Shown piece by piece: positions 1-8,077 of a stretch of 26,836 bases of DNA. Position numbers and translations under genes: made by a program. The stretch's first letter is position 1, and each line of letters starts with the position of its first letter. This DNA comes from Thermostichus sp. DRC_bins_24 (GTDB lineage Bacteria > Cyanobacteriota > Cyanobacteriia > Thermostichales > Thermostichaceae), in contig JAUQVK010000059.1 of assembly GCA_039794845.1 (NCBI GenBank), forward strand, positions 1 to 26,836. Direction: 5' to 3'. The notes below the pieces were generated by a model. That model saw only the letters and a list, made by a program, of their open reading frames with translations. It was not told the origin of the DNA and made no database searches.

Positions 1-550
1 CGGGCAATGGGAATTGACCTGGGATTGGAGCGATTCTTGACCGCTTCGGATGGCAGCTTCCAAAAGCGACCCAAGTTTTTCCAGTCGAGGCTACACAAGC
101 GGCAATTGCTGCCACGCAGAGCGACTCGAAAACAGAAGGGGGCTCAAAACCGGGAGAAGGCACAAACGAAAGTGGTGAGAAGGCACCATCGGATTGCCAA
201 GCGTTGCCAGGATTTTCACTTGAAGACAGCGTATCAACTGTGCGACAGTCAACCCCAACGGCACCGGTCAAACCTGCCCATCCTGCCTTGCTACCGTGAG
301 CAAAGATCTGGAAGTCAGAGAACATCATTGTCCCGAGTGTGGGTATCGAACCCATCGTGACCATGCCGCCGCCGAGATGGTTTTGCATCGTGGATTGGAG
401 GACATCGTAGCCCAGGGACACCGGGGAACGGAAACCGCCTGCCAAGTCGGTCTGTCGGGGGTCGCTGACCTGGATCGGTGGCGTGGGGCAGGAATGCTCA
501 AGAGCGATCTTGGGAAGCCCGCGCTCTACCCGCTAGGGTGTTGGCGTTAG
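1..550 (+). pseudogene. tnpB: IS200/IS605-family TnpB, 3' portion; internally deleted and frameshifted; runs off the window start
   Basis: Frame 1 reads RAMGIDLGLERFLTASDG (RuvC-I GIDLG) through DFHLKTAYQLCD. From 248 another frame reads VNPNGTGQTCPSC...HHCPECGYRTHRDHAAA (zinc finger and RuvC-III). The intervening RuvC-II (EDL) segment is missing. Confidence 0.88.
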
Positions 551-584
551 CCTGCCGCTGGGTATTGCGTCGGGAGGATGTCAC
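510..584 (+). mobile_element. IS200/IS605 right end / omegaRNA 3' scaffold
   Basis: A subterminal hairpin (CCCGCGC...GCGTCGGG, enclosing TACCCGC...GCTGGGTA) overlaps the tnpB 3' end and is followed by GGGAGGATGTCAC, ending in TCAC at 581-584. This is a typical right-end tetranucleotide for this family. Confidence 0.65.
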
Positions 585-773
585 GTCCTGCTTACAGCCA
601 ACTTCATGTGGACCTAAAGCTTAGCTAAAGTCAGGCAAAGGTGACCCAGAGCCTGGGTCACAAGGGTTAAACTGCATCGTGCTCCGCCTACGGCACCCTT
701 TTGCTCCCCAATGGCGGGAACCGCACGACCTGGAGGGACACTAGCTGTAGTAGGTAACGCTGGGAAAAGCTGT

Positions 774-2504
774 ATGTGCAGATTTTCAAATCGTTGGCTT
801 TGGATAGGGCTGCTGCTATTGCTACTGGCCGGAAGATGGGGTGGAATCCCAGCTTGGCCCCAATCGGGGGGGGCAAGTGTCGAAGCAGAGCCAGCGCCTA
901 TCGTGTTGGATGGACAGGTGTTGTTTCAAGTGCAAGCCTCAGGACAGTTCAGCGCCCAGGAACGAGCGGATTTGATTAACCTCTTGCTTCAGGATGTCAT
1001 CACCGGGCCTGATCCTATACAAGTGCAGGTTGAGGAACGGAATAATTTGCCCACTGTACTCCTAGACGGTCGATATTTACTCACCGTGACCGAGCAAGAT
1101 GTGGAGGAAAATCAATCTCCCCAAGCTCTGGCAGAAGAATGGGCCGCTATTTTAGAAAGCGCTCTGGCAGAAGCACAATCCCAACGCAGCCCAGAGTATT
1201 TACAAAACGCCGGGATCCGATCTGGTATTGCTGTTGGCGTCGCTACCCTCATACATGGTGTGTTGGGTTGGCTGCACCGCCGTTGGAGTCGAGAGTCGGG
1301 ATCCTCGCAACCCCTATTGGCCTTGGTGGTTTTCTTGAGTCGGCTGGGTTTGTGGCTGGTGACAGTAGCTTATGTGATTCGGCTATTTCCTCTCACGCGC
1401 CAGTGGCTTTACCGGCTCAGTGTTGCCTTGAATTGGGGGTTGGATCCCGATCCTGTGCCTCGCTTGCCGATTTTCCTGGGCTTGGTCACCCTGTCCCTTC
1501 TGGTAGGGTACAGCACTCCATCTATTTTGATCGCCCTCGTTCGTCGATTTAGCTCATCGAAAGCCTTTACCATCCTAGAAAGAATCTTGGCCCCTCTACG
1601 AGAAGCCCAGCAGATGGCCGGTACAATCCTGCTCCTCCATGCTTCTTCGAATATTTTGCGGCCTTATTCCACGCTGTTTGGGTTGCTAAGACCTTGGCTC
1701 GACTTAACTCTGATTATTAGCTTGGCCTGGTTGCTATCGCGTGGATTCCGAGAGGTAGTGCGGCTTTATGGCATCGATCTAATTCGCAAATTCGGGTTAG
1801 AGGTCGATGAGTTTGTGCTGGTAATTGAAACGATTGTTAATGCTGTGATCATCATCTTTTCTATATTTATCTTTGCGCAAACTCAGCAATTTAATTTGGT
1901 AGGGCTTCTAACCAGTTTGGGAATTGGCGGTTTGGCTGTTGCTTTTGCTGCTCAAAAAATTATTGAGCAATTTCTGAGTACCATTGTTCTCTATTTGGAT
2001 CGCCCTTTTGGCCCTGGAGACTATATTCGCATGGCGAATGGACAAATTGGCCGTATCGAGTCGATTGGCTTACGCTCCACCAAAATTCGCACTGCAGCTA
2101 AGAGTACCTTGATGATTGTGCCCAACTCCAACCTGGTAAATGCTGAGATTGAAAATCTGACCATGGCCAAGAAGGTGATGGTACTGTTGTATTTAGATTT
2201 CCTGAAGCCTCTAGAGGATCAAGATGCGGCACTGGTAAAACAGGTGATCTCAGAAGAGACCAATTCTTTGTTCGGAATCGATCCGGGCAGTACCCAGATT
2301 GCTTTGCTAAAAAATGCGGAGGAACACATCACTCGCGCCAGAATCACCTTTTTTATCCTTGGCTCTAATGAAAACTCAATTCAGTTGCGCAAACGACTGT
2401 TGGAATTAGCCAATGAGAAAATCTCTAAAAAGCTGGCCAAGTTTGGGATCCAATTCTTCTTGCAGGATCCTACGATTTATGTGGAGTCGCCCGTTACCAT
2501 ATGA
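774..2504 (+). CDS. MscS-family mechanosensitive ion channel with N-terminal extracytoplasmic domain
   Basis: Signal-peptide-like N-terminus and several TM segments, then the MscS core LGIGGLAVAFAAQ...DRPFGPGDYI...GRIESIGLRSTKIRT...VPNSNL. Start placed at ATG 774; the ORF is open from 711. Confidence 0.88.
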   Translation: MCRFSNRWLWIGLLLLLLAGRWGGIPAWPQSGGASVEAEPAPIVLDGQVLFQVQASGQFSAQERADLINLLLQDVITGPDPIQVQVEERNNLPTVLLDGRYLLTVTEQDVEENQSPQALAEEWAAILESALAEAQSQRSPEYLQNAGIRSGIAVGVATLIHGVLGWLHRRWSRESGSSQPLLALVVFLSRLGLWLVTVAYVIRLFPLTRQWLYRLSVALNWGLDPDPVPRLPIFLGLVTLSLLVGYSTPSILIALVRRFSSSKAFTILERILAPLREAQQMAGTILLLHASSNILRPYSTLFGLLRPWLDLTLIISLAWLLSRGFREVVRLYGIDLIRKFGLEVDEFVLVIETIVNAVIIIFSIFIFAQTQQFNLVGLLTSLGIGGLAVAFAAQKIIEQFLSTIVLYLDRPFGPGDYIRMANGQIGRIESIGLRSTKIRTAAKSTLMIVPNSNLVNAEIENLTMAKKVMVLLYLDFLKPLEDQDAALVKQVISEETNSLFGIDPGSTQIALLKNAEEHITRARITFFILGSNENSIQLRKRLLELANEKISKKLAKFGIQFFLQDPTIYVESPVTI

Positions 2505-2531
2505 TGGTCGATGATGAGATCGATTCAGCCT

Positions 2532-3800
2532 TTACCAACCTACCCATTCTGTGCGGGATTGGATGTCTAGAGATTTTGGGATCCATTGGCTGGGTAAACG
2601 GGTGGGGGCCCCCTGCTGGGCTTGGAGTTGGCTTAAAAATTGCCCCTGTTGAGTGCGAAACCCAACCAGATCGGTGCCTCCATTCATTAAGGCAAACCAA
2701 ATGTCTCCCTGTTGAGTGGGCAACACACCGGCCAGTGTGCTGACGGCATTTAAGGTGCCAGACTTGGCGATCAACATTGCGGGCAAAAGCCGCCGTTCCA
2801 ATACACCTACATCTTGTCCCACAATGGCAAAGGCATCTGCAAGGGATAAATCCTGTTCCCTTAAAAGGGCTTGAATTGCCTGAAACAAAGCGACATTGCC
2901 CCTTGGGGAAATCTGATTCTCTACCCCCAATCCTGAACCATTGATCAGCTGCAGTTCTTCCGCAGGGATCCCGGTCATGGCCTGACTGATTTGGGCAACC
3001 TGGACTGCTCCCCCCACTGCATCGGCCAACATATCCGCCATCAGGTTGTTGCTGTAGAGGTTCATCAGCTTCAGCAGGTGAATCAGTGGGGGCGACTCAT
3101 GCCTAACCAAAACCTGCCCACCCGCTGGGATCCCTGCCGCAATCCGCACGGATCCCAAAATCTGTACCTCAGGCCGAGGGGTACCAGGGGGCAAAGTTTG
3201 AAATTGCGCTTCTGCTTCTGGCGGCCAGCGACGCGCATCCAACCCCTGTTGCAATAGGGCCCCAGAGCGGGCCACATCCGGGAAAAAATTCATGTAAAAG
3301 CGGCCCGCCAAGACCAGATCCCCACGCACCTGTCGGATCCCCTGAGCATTGAGCAAATTGCCGACGGAGAAGGCCTCTTCCCAGACAAACAAGGGATCTT
3401 CCCCCCCCAGAACCCACAAATCCCCCTGCAAAACACCGTCCGCGGCTAGCGAGCCTGTTGTGAAGAAATGGGTGACAAACCGATGTTGTGGACCAAATTG
3501 CTGCAATGTGGCCAGCGTGGTTGCCACCTTCGTCAGGGAAGCCGCCGGCAGGGGAGTGGATCCCTGATGTTGGGCCAAAACCTGGTCGCCCTTCTGAAGC
3601 CAAACCCCCTGAGCGGTACGCGGAAAGCCGCGACTGGCCAACTGAGCCAAGTAGGTCTCCACTTGCGGCTGTAGGGATCCCGTCGCAGCCACCGGAGAAA
3701 AGTAGGGTACACCCAACCCCAACAGGATCGCCGCCGGTACCAGCCCAACCCAGACCGAAACCAGCCGCCTACTCAGCCAGCCCCGAAAATATCGATTCAC
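2532..3800 (-). CDS. dacB: D-alanyl-D-alanine carboxypeptidase/endopeptidase (PBP4, peptidase S13)
   Basis: Catalytic motifs SxxK (PAASLTK), SxN (YSNN) and KSGT, plus NGSGL. Start placed at GTG 3800 after AGAGG and before a hydrophobic anchor. The upstream part of the 534-aa ORF overlaps the next gene. Confidence 0.85.
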   Translation of the reverse strand: MNRYFRGWLSRRLVSVWVGLVPAAILLGLGVPYFSPVAATGSLQPQVETYLAQLASRGFPRTAQGVWLQKGDQVLAQHQGSTPLPAASLTKVATTLATLQQFGPQHRFVTHFFTTGSLAADGVLQGDLWVLGGEDPLFVWEEAFSVGNLLNAQGIRQVRGDLVLAGRFYMNFFPDVARSGALLQQGLDARRWPPEAEAQFQTLPPGTPRPEVQILGSVRIAAGIPAGGQVLVRHESPPLIHLLKLMNLYSNNLMADMLADAVGGAVQVAQISQAMTGIPAEELQLINGSGLGVENQISPRGNVALFQAIQALLREQDLSLADAFAIVGQDVGVLERRLLPAMLIAKSGTLNAVSTLAGVLPTQQGDIWFALMNGGTDLVGFRTQQGQFLSQLQAQQGAPTRLPSQWIPKSLDIQSRTEWVGW

Positions 3801-3859
3801 CGGAATATCCTCTAAAAAAGCCGAAAAACAAGGTTGACTGACCCGAGAAGGCGGATCCC

Positions 3860-4240
3860 TTAGCTCATCAATTCCCAGCCACTGTCTTCCAAAGGTTCCA
3901 CCTCGATGGTACCGGGAGGGGTTTGCCGGTAAAAACGCCCATCTGCAACGAACAGAGGTTCTCCACAGTCTGGGCAAAGAAAACGGGTTCCTTCCACCGC
4001 TTGAGATTCTGACCCACAGACCGGACAGTGATCGGTGGTGATCCAACGGCGTGCCCACCAACGAAAGGCCAGCAGCACCAGTACAGGCAAAGACAGTAAA
4101 AACAGCAACAAAGCCACCAACCCGGTCACCAGCCACCCCAGACCGATGCTGGTTAACAAAGCTGCCAACGCCAGGGATCCCAGCCAGAACCCCCAGCCAG
4201 TTAGAGAGATGGAGTAGGTCTTGGGCTGCTCAAACCGCAT
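3860..4240 (-). CDS. Conserved cyanobacterial membrane protein with C-terminal zinc ribbon
   Basis: Two hydrophobic helices, then CPVC...CPDCGEPL and a TPPGTIEV tail. Confidence 0.8.
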   Translation of the reverse strand: MRFEQPKTYSISLTGWGFWLGSLALAALLTSIGLGWLVTGLVALLLFLLSLPVLVLLAFRWWARRWITTDHCPVCGSESQAVEGTRFLCPDCGEPLFVADGRFYRQTPPGTIEVEPLEDSGWELMS

Positions 4241-4459
4241 CTTTACTCTGCCTTCCTACACAACAATCCGTACATCGCCTGCCCACCGACGCTGCTAAGC
4301 CGCCCTAGGGCTTTCCCTGAGTTTTTCTTGAGTTATGCTAGCCCAGACCCACCCAGAAACCACACCTCACCGGGCCAGCTCATCAGTAGGCTAGCTCATC
4401 CCCCGCAAGCAAGGGATCCGGTTTCCCGCACCCTTCCTCGGTCGCTGCCGGTAGTTGCC

Positions 4460-5104
4460 TCAATTGACGGGTCGTCCCCGATACATCAACCGGTACTTCA
4501 CCTGTGGGGTCGAGACTTTTTGCTCTTGGCTTACTTCTGTTGCGATGGGTTGTTCAGGGTTTGTGGGGGACGGGGAGATCGGTTGTGGGGGAGCCGAGGA
4601 CACAGAATTGGCCTCCCCGGGTAGCAAGCCCGTTTGCTCGAGAACAGTGTAGAGAGCTTCTATGTCGATGGGCAAAGACCACTTTGCCGCCTGGTAGATG
4701 CGATGGAGGGAATCGAGGATGTCGCTGGCCTCCGCCAGACCGGGAATGACCTCCGCCGCCCCTTGATAGATTGCCCAACGCCGTTCCGCCGGTTCAATGT
4801 GGCGACGAGGGTGATGGGTCAGAATCACGGGAGTGTTGGGCAGCTGACTGTGGCAATCTCGACAAAAGGCATAGGGGTTAAACAGCCCCGTCGTCATATC
4901 CACCACCATCAAGTCCAGCGGCTGAGCGGTTGCCACCTCCAACAAATCCGCGTGGGGGGAGGTCAGCAATACCGAATGACGCTGAGATTCCAGTACCAAC
5001 CTCCACAGCTGCACCTGCAAAGGCTGACCCTGAGCCACCAGTACGGTTTTGGTCACAGTGGATACGGATGAGTGAATAGAAGGAGAAGCGAAAGCTTGTA
5101 CCAC
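4460..5104 (-). CDS. Atypical response-regulator receiver-domain protein with Pro-rich linker and C-terminal YRG motif
   Basis: Receiver pattern TVLVAQ...DLMVVDM...NPYAFCR...PVILT...RRWAIYQGA. No DNA-binding output domain. Ends in YRLMYRGRPVN. Confidence 0.75.
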   Translation of the reverse strand: MVQAFASPSIHSSVSTVTKTVLVAQGQPLQVQLWRLVLESQRHSVLLTSPHADLLEVATAQPLDLMVVDMTTGLFNPYAFCRDCHSQLPNTPVILTHHPRRHIEPAERRWAIYQGAAEVIPGLAEASDILDSLHRIYQAAKWSLPIDIEALYTVLEQTGLLPGEANSVSSAPPQPISPSPTNPEQPIATEVSQEQKVSTPQVKYRLMYRGRPVN

Positions 5105-5143
5105 TTTATAGCCCAGTGTGTATCGAAACTTTCAAGTAGCTGC

Positions 5144-5186
5144 AAGTTATCATCTTCCAAAAGGGGAAATAGTGATTAGTTATACA
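5144..5186 (-). promoter_or_regulatory. Putative NtcA-activated (class II) promoter of the receiver-domain gene
   Basis: The minus strand reads tGTA-TAACTAAT-CAC (5186-5172), exactly 22 nt, then TAACTT (5149-5144, TAN3T), about 40 nt upstream of the start codon. Confidence 0.5.
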
Positions 5187-5342
5187 AGTAACACCCCAGA
5201 GGCCACTTTCCTTGTCCCACGGTGAAGGGACTTTGACCCAAACCCCAGCAGTTTCCTCGGCCCCGCGTTGTAGGAGGCGTTAACCTCTGTGAAGTGCGAA
5301 GAGATCCTGGGCTGCACTTACAGAGCCGGCGCCGGGGAGACG

Positions 5343-5699
5343 TCACCTGGATTCTCGCTCAATTGAGCCAGGGATTTCTTCCTTTTCACCATGCTTTTCA
5401 TCGTGGTCAGCTGCTAATTCCAGCTCCAGAGCCTGCCATGCTTCGGGCGACAGGGCCTCAATGTGTTCTTGCATCTGCTGGGCTTCAAATCTGGCCCGCT
5501 GAGTTTTCAGAGCCATTTCCCCTCGCAGTACCCGCCCTAAGTAGCCAAAAGTCCACCCTAGGCAGGCCAGCAAAAATACCATGCTCGACACTTTCTGGGC
5601 CGAATCTGTCTCCAAGCCGGCCCAGAGCAACGCCCCGTACAGGAGTCCTCCTCCTAGCAACACTGCCAGACCTAAGCTGAGAACATCCAGTCTGCGCAT
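5343..5699 (-). CDS. DUF3007 family membrane protein
   Basis: MRRLDVL start, two TM helices, GWTFGYLGRV...M, and an LSPE motif. Sits in its usual position directly downstream of ndhL. Confidence 0.8.
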   Translation of the reverse strand: MRRLDVLSLGLAVLLGGGLLYGALLWAGLETDSAQKVSSMVFLLACLGWTFGYLGRVLRGEMALKTQRARFEAQQMQEHIEALSPEAWQALELELAADHDEKHGEKEEIPGSIERESR

Positions 5700-5717
5700 G
5701 GCTCAGAGTGACCCAGT

Positions 5718-5939
5718 TTAGAGGGAACGGGGCTTGGGGCGAAAGGTCATAAAGGGAGCCAAGAGCACCATGCCGGGGAAGAAAAACAGCACCAAGAAAA
5801 ACATCAACACCTTTTCCCAGGCACTGCCCGAAGTCCAGCGCTTATCCACGTACAGCAAAGACAACAGTGGCAGCACCAACAAATAGAGACCCGCCAAACC
5901 GGTGTAAGTCAGCAGGATCAGCAGTGAGGTGGAGGTCAT
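5718..5939 (-). CDS. ndhL: NAD(P)H-quinone oxidoreductase (NDH-1) subunit L
   Basis: 73 aa with YLLVLP...KRW...S..EK..MFFLVLFFFPGMVLLAPF..FRP, characteristic of NdhL. Confidence 0.92.
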   Translation of the reverse strand: MTSTSLLILLTYTGLAGLYLLVLPLLSLLYVDKRWTSGSAWEKVLMFFLVLFFFPGMVLLAPFMTFRPKPRSL

Positions 5940-6067
5940 GGTGGTTTCGCCTCGAGAGTACCTGGCTTAAGCTGAATGCCATTTTAGGGTTCGATCGCAT
6001 TCGAGCTCATTCGACTTTAATTGTAAAGGAATTTGTCAGCTTGGGGGCCTGCAACCCGACAAACGCT

Positions 6068-6472
6068 TCACAAGCTGGTGCTGATGGCTCCAACAGGACA
6101 GGTGGGTATGCACTGCTCGCACATAACACAGCGGTTGCGTAGAAACTCCAGTTTCCAGTCAGGAGCAGAGATCCTCAGGGCTTCCGTTGGGCACACCCCT
6201 GTACACAGTCCGCAATCCACACACACATCTGGGTCGATCTGAATTTCTTTGGCCCGTTCCGCCACCTCGATCCCCAAAGACTGGGCCCATTCCAGCCCTG
6301 CTTCCACTTGGTCGATATCTCCCGAGAGTTCCACCACCAAGGTACCTACTTCGTCCGGGGCTACCCGAGCGCGCATGATATTGGCGGCCACGTCGAAATC
6401 TTTGGCCAAGCGATAGGTTAGGGGCACATTGACCAAATGACGGGGAAAAATCAGGGTGACTCGTTTGCGCAC
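6068..6472 (-). CDS. NIL-domain 2x[4Fe-4S] ferredoxin
   Basis: N-terminal KRVTLIFP...ANIMRARV (NIL domain) and two CxxCxxCxxxCP motifs (CVDCGLCTGVCP, CVMCEQCIPTCP). Start placed at GTG 6472. Confidence 0.88.
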   Translation of the reverse strand: MRKRVTLIFPRHLVNVPLTYRLAKDFDVAANIMRARVAPDEVGTLVVELSGDIDQVEAGLEWAQSLGIEVAERAKEIQIDPDVCVDCGLCTGVCPTEALRISAPDWKLEFLRNRCVMCEQCIPTCPVGAISTSL

Positions 6473-6568
6473 GGGTCCAGAAAGCAGGAGCTCTTTCCAG
6501 TATGGCAAGCTTGGCTGGTGAATTTGCTGGGCGAGGGGGCGCCTGATCCAATGGGATCCCTGCCTGAG

Positions 6569-7288
6569 CTAGGCTCCCTCCTGAAGCTTACGCATTTCTG
6601 CCCGCACATCCAGGGCAATTTGTAGGGCAGCCTCCAAAAGGCGGCCTTGCTCGCCGGCCTGTTCGCTTACCTGTAGGGCCGTGAGGGTGGCAAGGTTGCT
6701 GGCGAAGAGTTCGCTTTTGGTCTCGATAAAGGCTTGGTTTTGGCGCAAGATGCGCTCAGTTTTCAGGGCGCGGATTAAATCCGCCCGGGTGAGTTTCAAC
6801 CCCTCGATTATCTGGGTGCGGTGGCTCAGCTGCACCGTTAGATTGCCTGCTTCCTCCAGTTCATCGTTGATCTGAATGGCTTGGATCAAATCATTGTAGC
6901 GATCCACTTCCTCCAGTAACTTCAACAGCAGGGGCATGCGGCGACTGCGGAACACCCAAAAGGCTTGGTGCAACGCGGCCAGAGCCACAAAGATTCCCCA
7001 TTCCAGGGCAAAAGCTCCCCAGGTCACGGAACGCAGCCCCGGAACCACCATCCGGCCCAGCAACGTTAACAGGGATCCATTCCAGACCAACCATCGACAG
7101 AGCAGATCCACCACCAGCAGAATGCGCAAGGGATCCCAGAAGGCCGAAAAGCCCCAAATCCGATCCCAAAAGCGGCGACCGGAGCCGGGCCGCAACAACC
7201 AGCCAACCCGCACCTGGGTCAGACTCTCCACTTGAGCCGAAGAAATGCGCAGTCCTTTCAAATCTGATCGCATCGCCATGACGGTCAC
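6569..7288 (-). CDS. Conserved hypothetical membrane protein with C-terminal coiled coil
   Basis: 239-aa ORF with hydrophobic segments followed by an amphipathic helical region (EVDRYN...LIRALKTERILR). Confidence 0.75.
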   Translation of the reverse strand: MTVMAMRSDLKGLRISSAQVESLTQVRVGWLLRPGSGRRFWDRIWGFSAFWDPLRILLVVDLLCRWLVWNGSLLTLLGRMVVPGLRSVTWGAFALEWGIFVALAALHQAFWVFRSRRMPLLLKLLEEVDRYNDLIQAIQINDELEEAGNLTVQLSHRTQIIEGLKLTRADLIRALKTERILRQNQAFIETKSELFASNLATLTALQVSEQAGEQGRLLEAALQIALDVRAEMRKLQEGA

Positions 7289-7468
7289 CGGCAGGGATGG
7301 ACGGTCACAATTGGCAGTTTATTCACCACTCTAACCATTTCCTCCTTTCGAATTGGGCAGAGTCAGGGAGCCTTTATTCCTACAAAACGCTAGGCGACCC
7401 TTGGAAGATGCCTGATAAGATGTGAGTCGCCGTCGGTGTGCTGAGCTTAGAGGAAGAGGAAATAGAGA

Positions 7469-7957
7469 ATGGTGACCAGCCAACTGCGACAACTGAAGGC
7501 CCAGTTGATCGAAGCGGAAAACTTTGCTCCCTACGGCCAGGTGATCTGCCCCATCCCTGACCACAAACCCTTCGACGGCCAAGATGCCCAGCTTTCGCTA
7601 GATCAGGGCCAGCCCCGGTTTTACCTCATGCGCTTGCCCCGCCGTGGCCTCAAATTCACCCAAATCACCCATCATGCCCATTGCACCCAGTGTTTGGGAT
7701 CCCTGAATGGGAAGGAGTGGTTTATCGGCGTTGCGCCGCCCGCAGACGAGCTGCACGTGGATCAAATCCAGGCCTTTCGGGTGCCGGGGGATCGGTTCAT
7801 CAAGCTGGAAATGGGCACCTGGCACGCCGGCCCCTATTTCGACCACGAAGAGTTCATCGATTTTTACAATTTGGAGCTTTCCGACACCAACATCACCGAT
7901 CATGAAACGGTGAACTTGCTACAGGCCTATAACCTAGAGTTTCAGATTACCCCCTGA
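7469..7957 (+). CDS. Ureidoglycolate lyase/hydrolase-like cupin protein
   Basis: ENFAPYGQVI at the N-terminus, ITHH..CTQCL and GTWHAGP motifs. Purine-rich RBS region upstream. Confidence 0.75.
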   Translation: MVTSQLRQLKAQLIEAENFAPYGQVICPIPDHKPFDGQDAQLSLDQGQPRFYLMRLPRRGLKFTQITHHAHCTQCLGSLNGKEWFIGVAPPADELHVDQIQAFRVPGDRFIKLEMGTWHAGPYFDHEEFIDFYNLELSDTNITDHETVNLLQAYNLEFQITP

Positions 7958-8077
7958 GGGGGTTGTGGGCTCGTCGGGGGATCCCTTTGAAAATGGGCTC
8001 GACATCGTTTTGAATGGTCTGGGCAATGTTGATTCAACATCCGCACCCCTACCGAACACACTTCAAAGGGGGATCCA

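Noticed and set aside
3801..4136. N-terminal extension of the 534-aa PBP4 ORF
   Set aside because: It overlaps the zinc-ribbon gene in another frame and has no protein-like features. A GTG with RBS and signal anchor at 3800 fits better.
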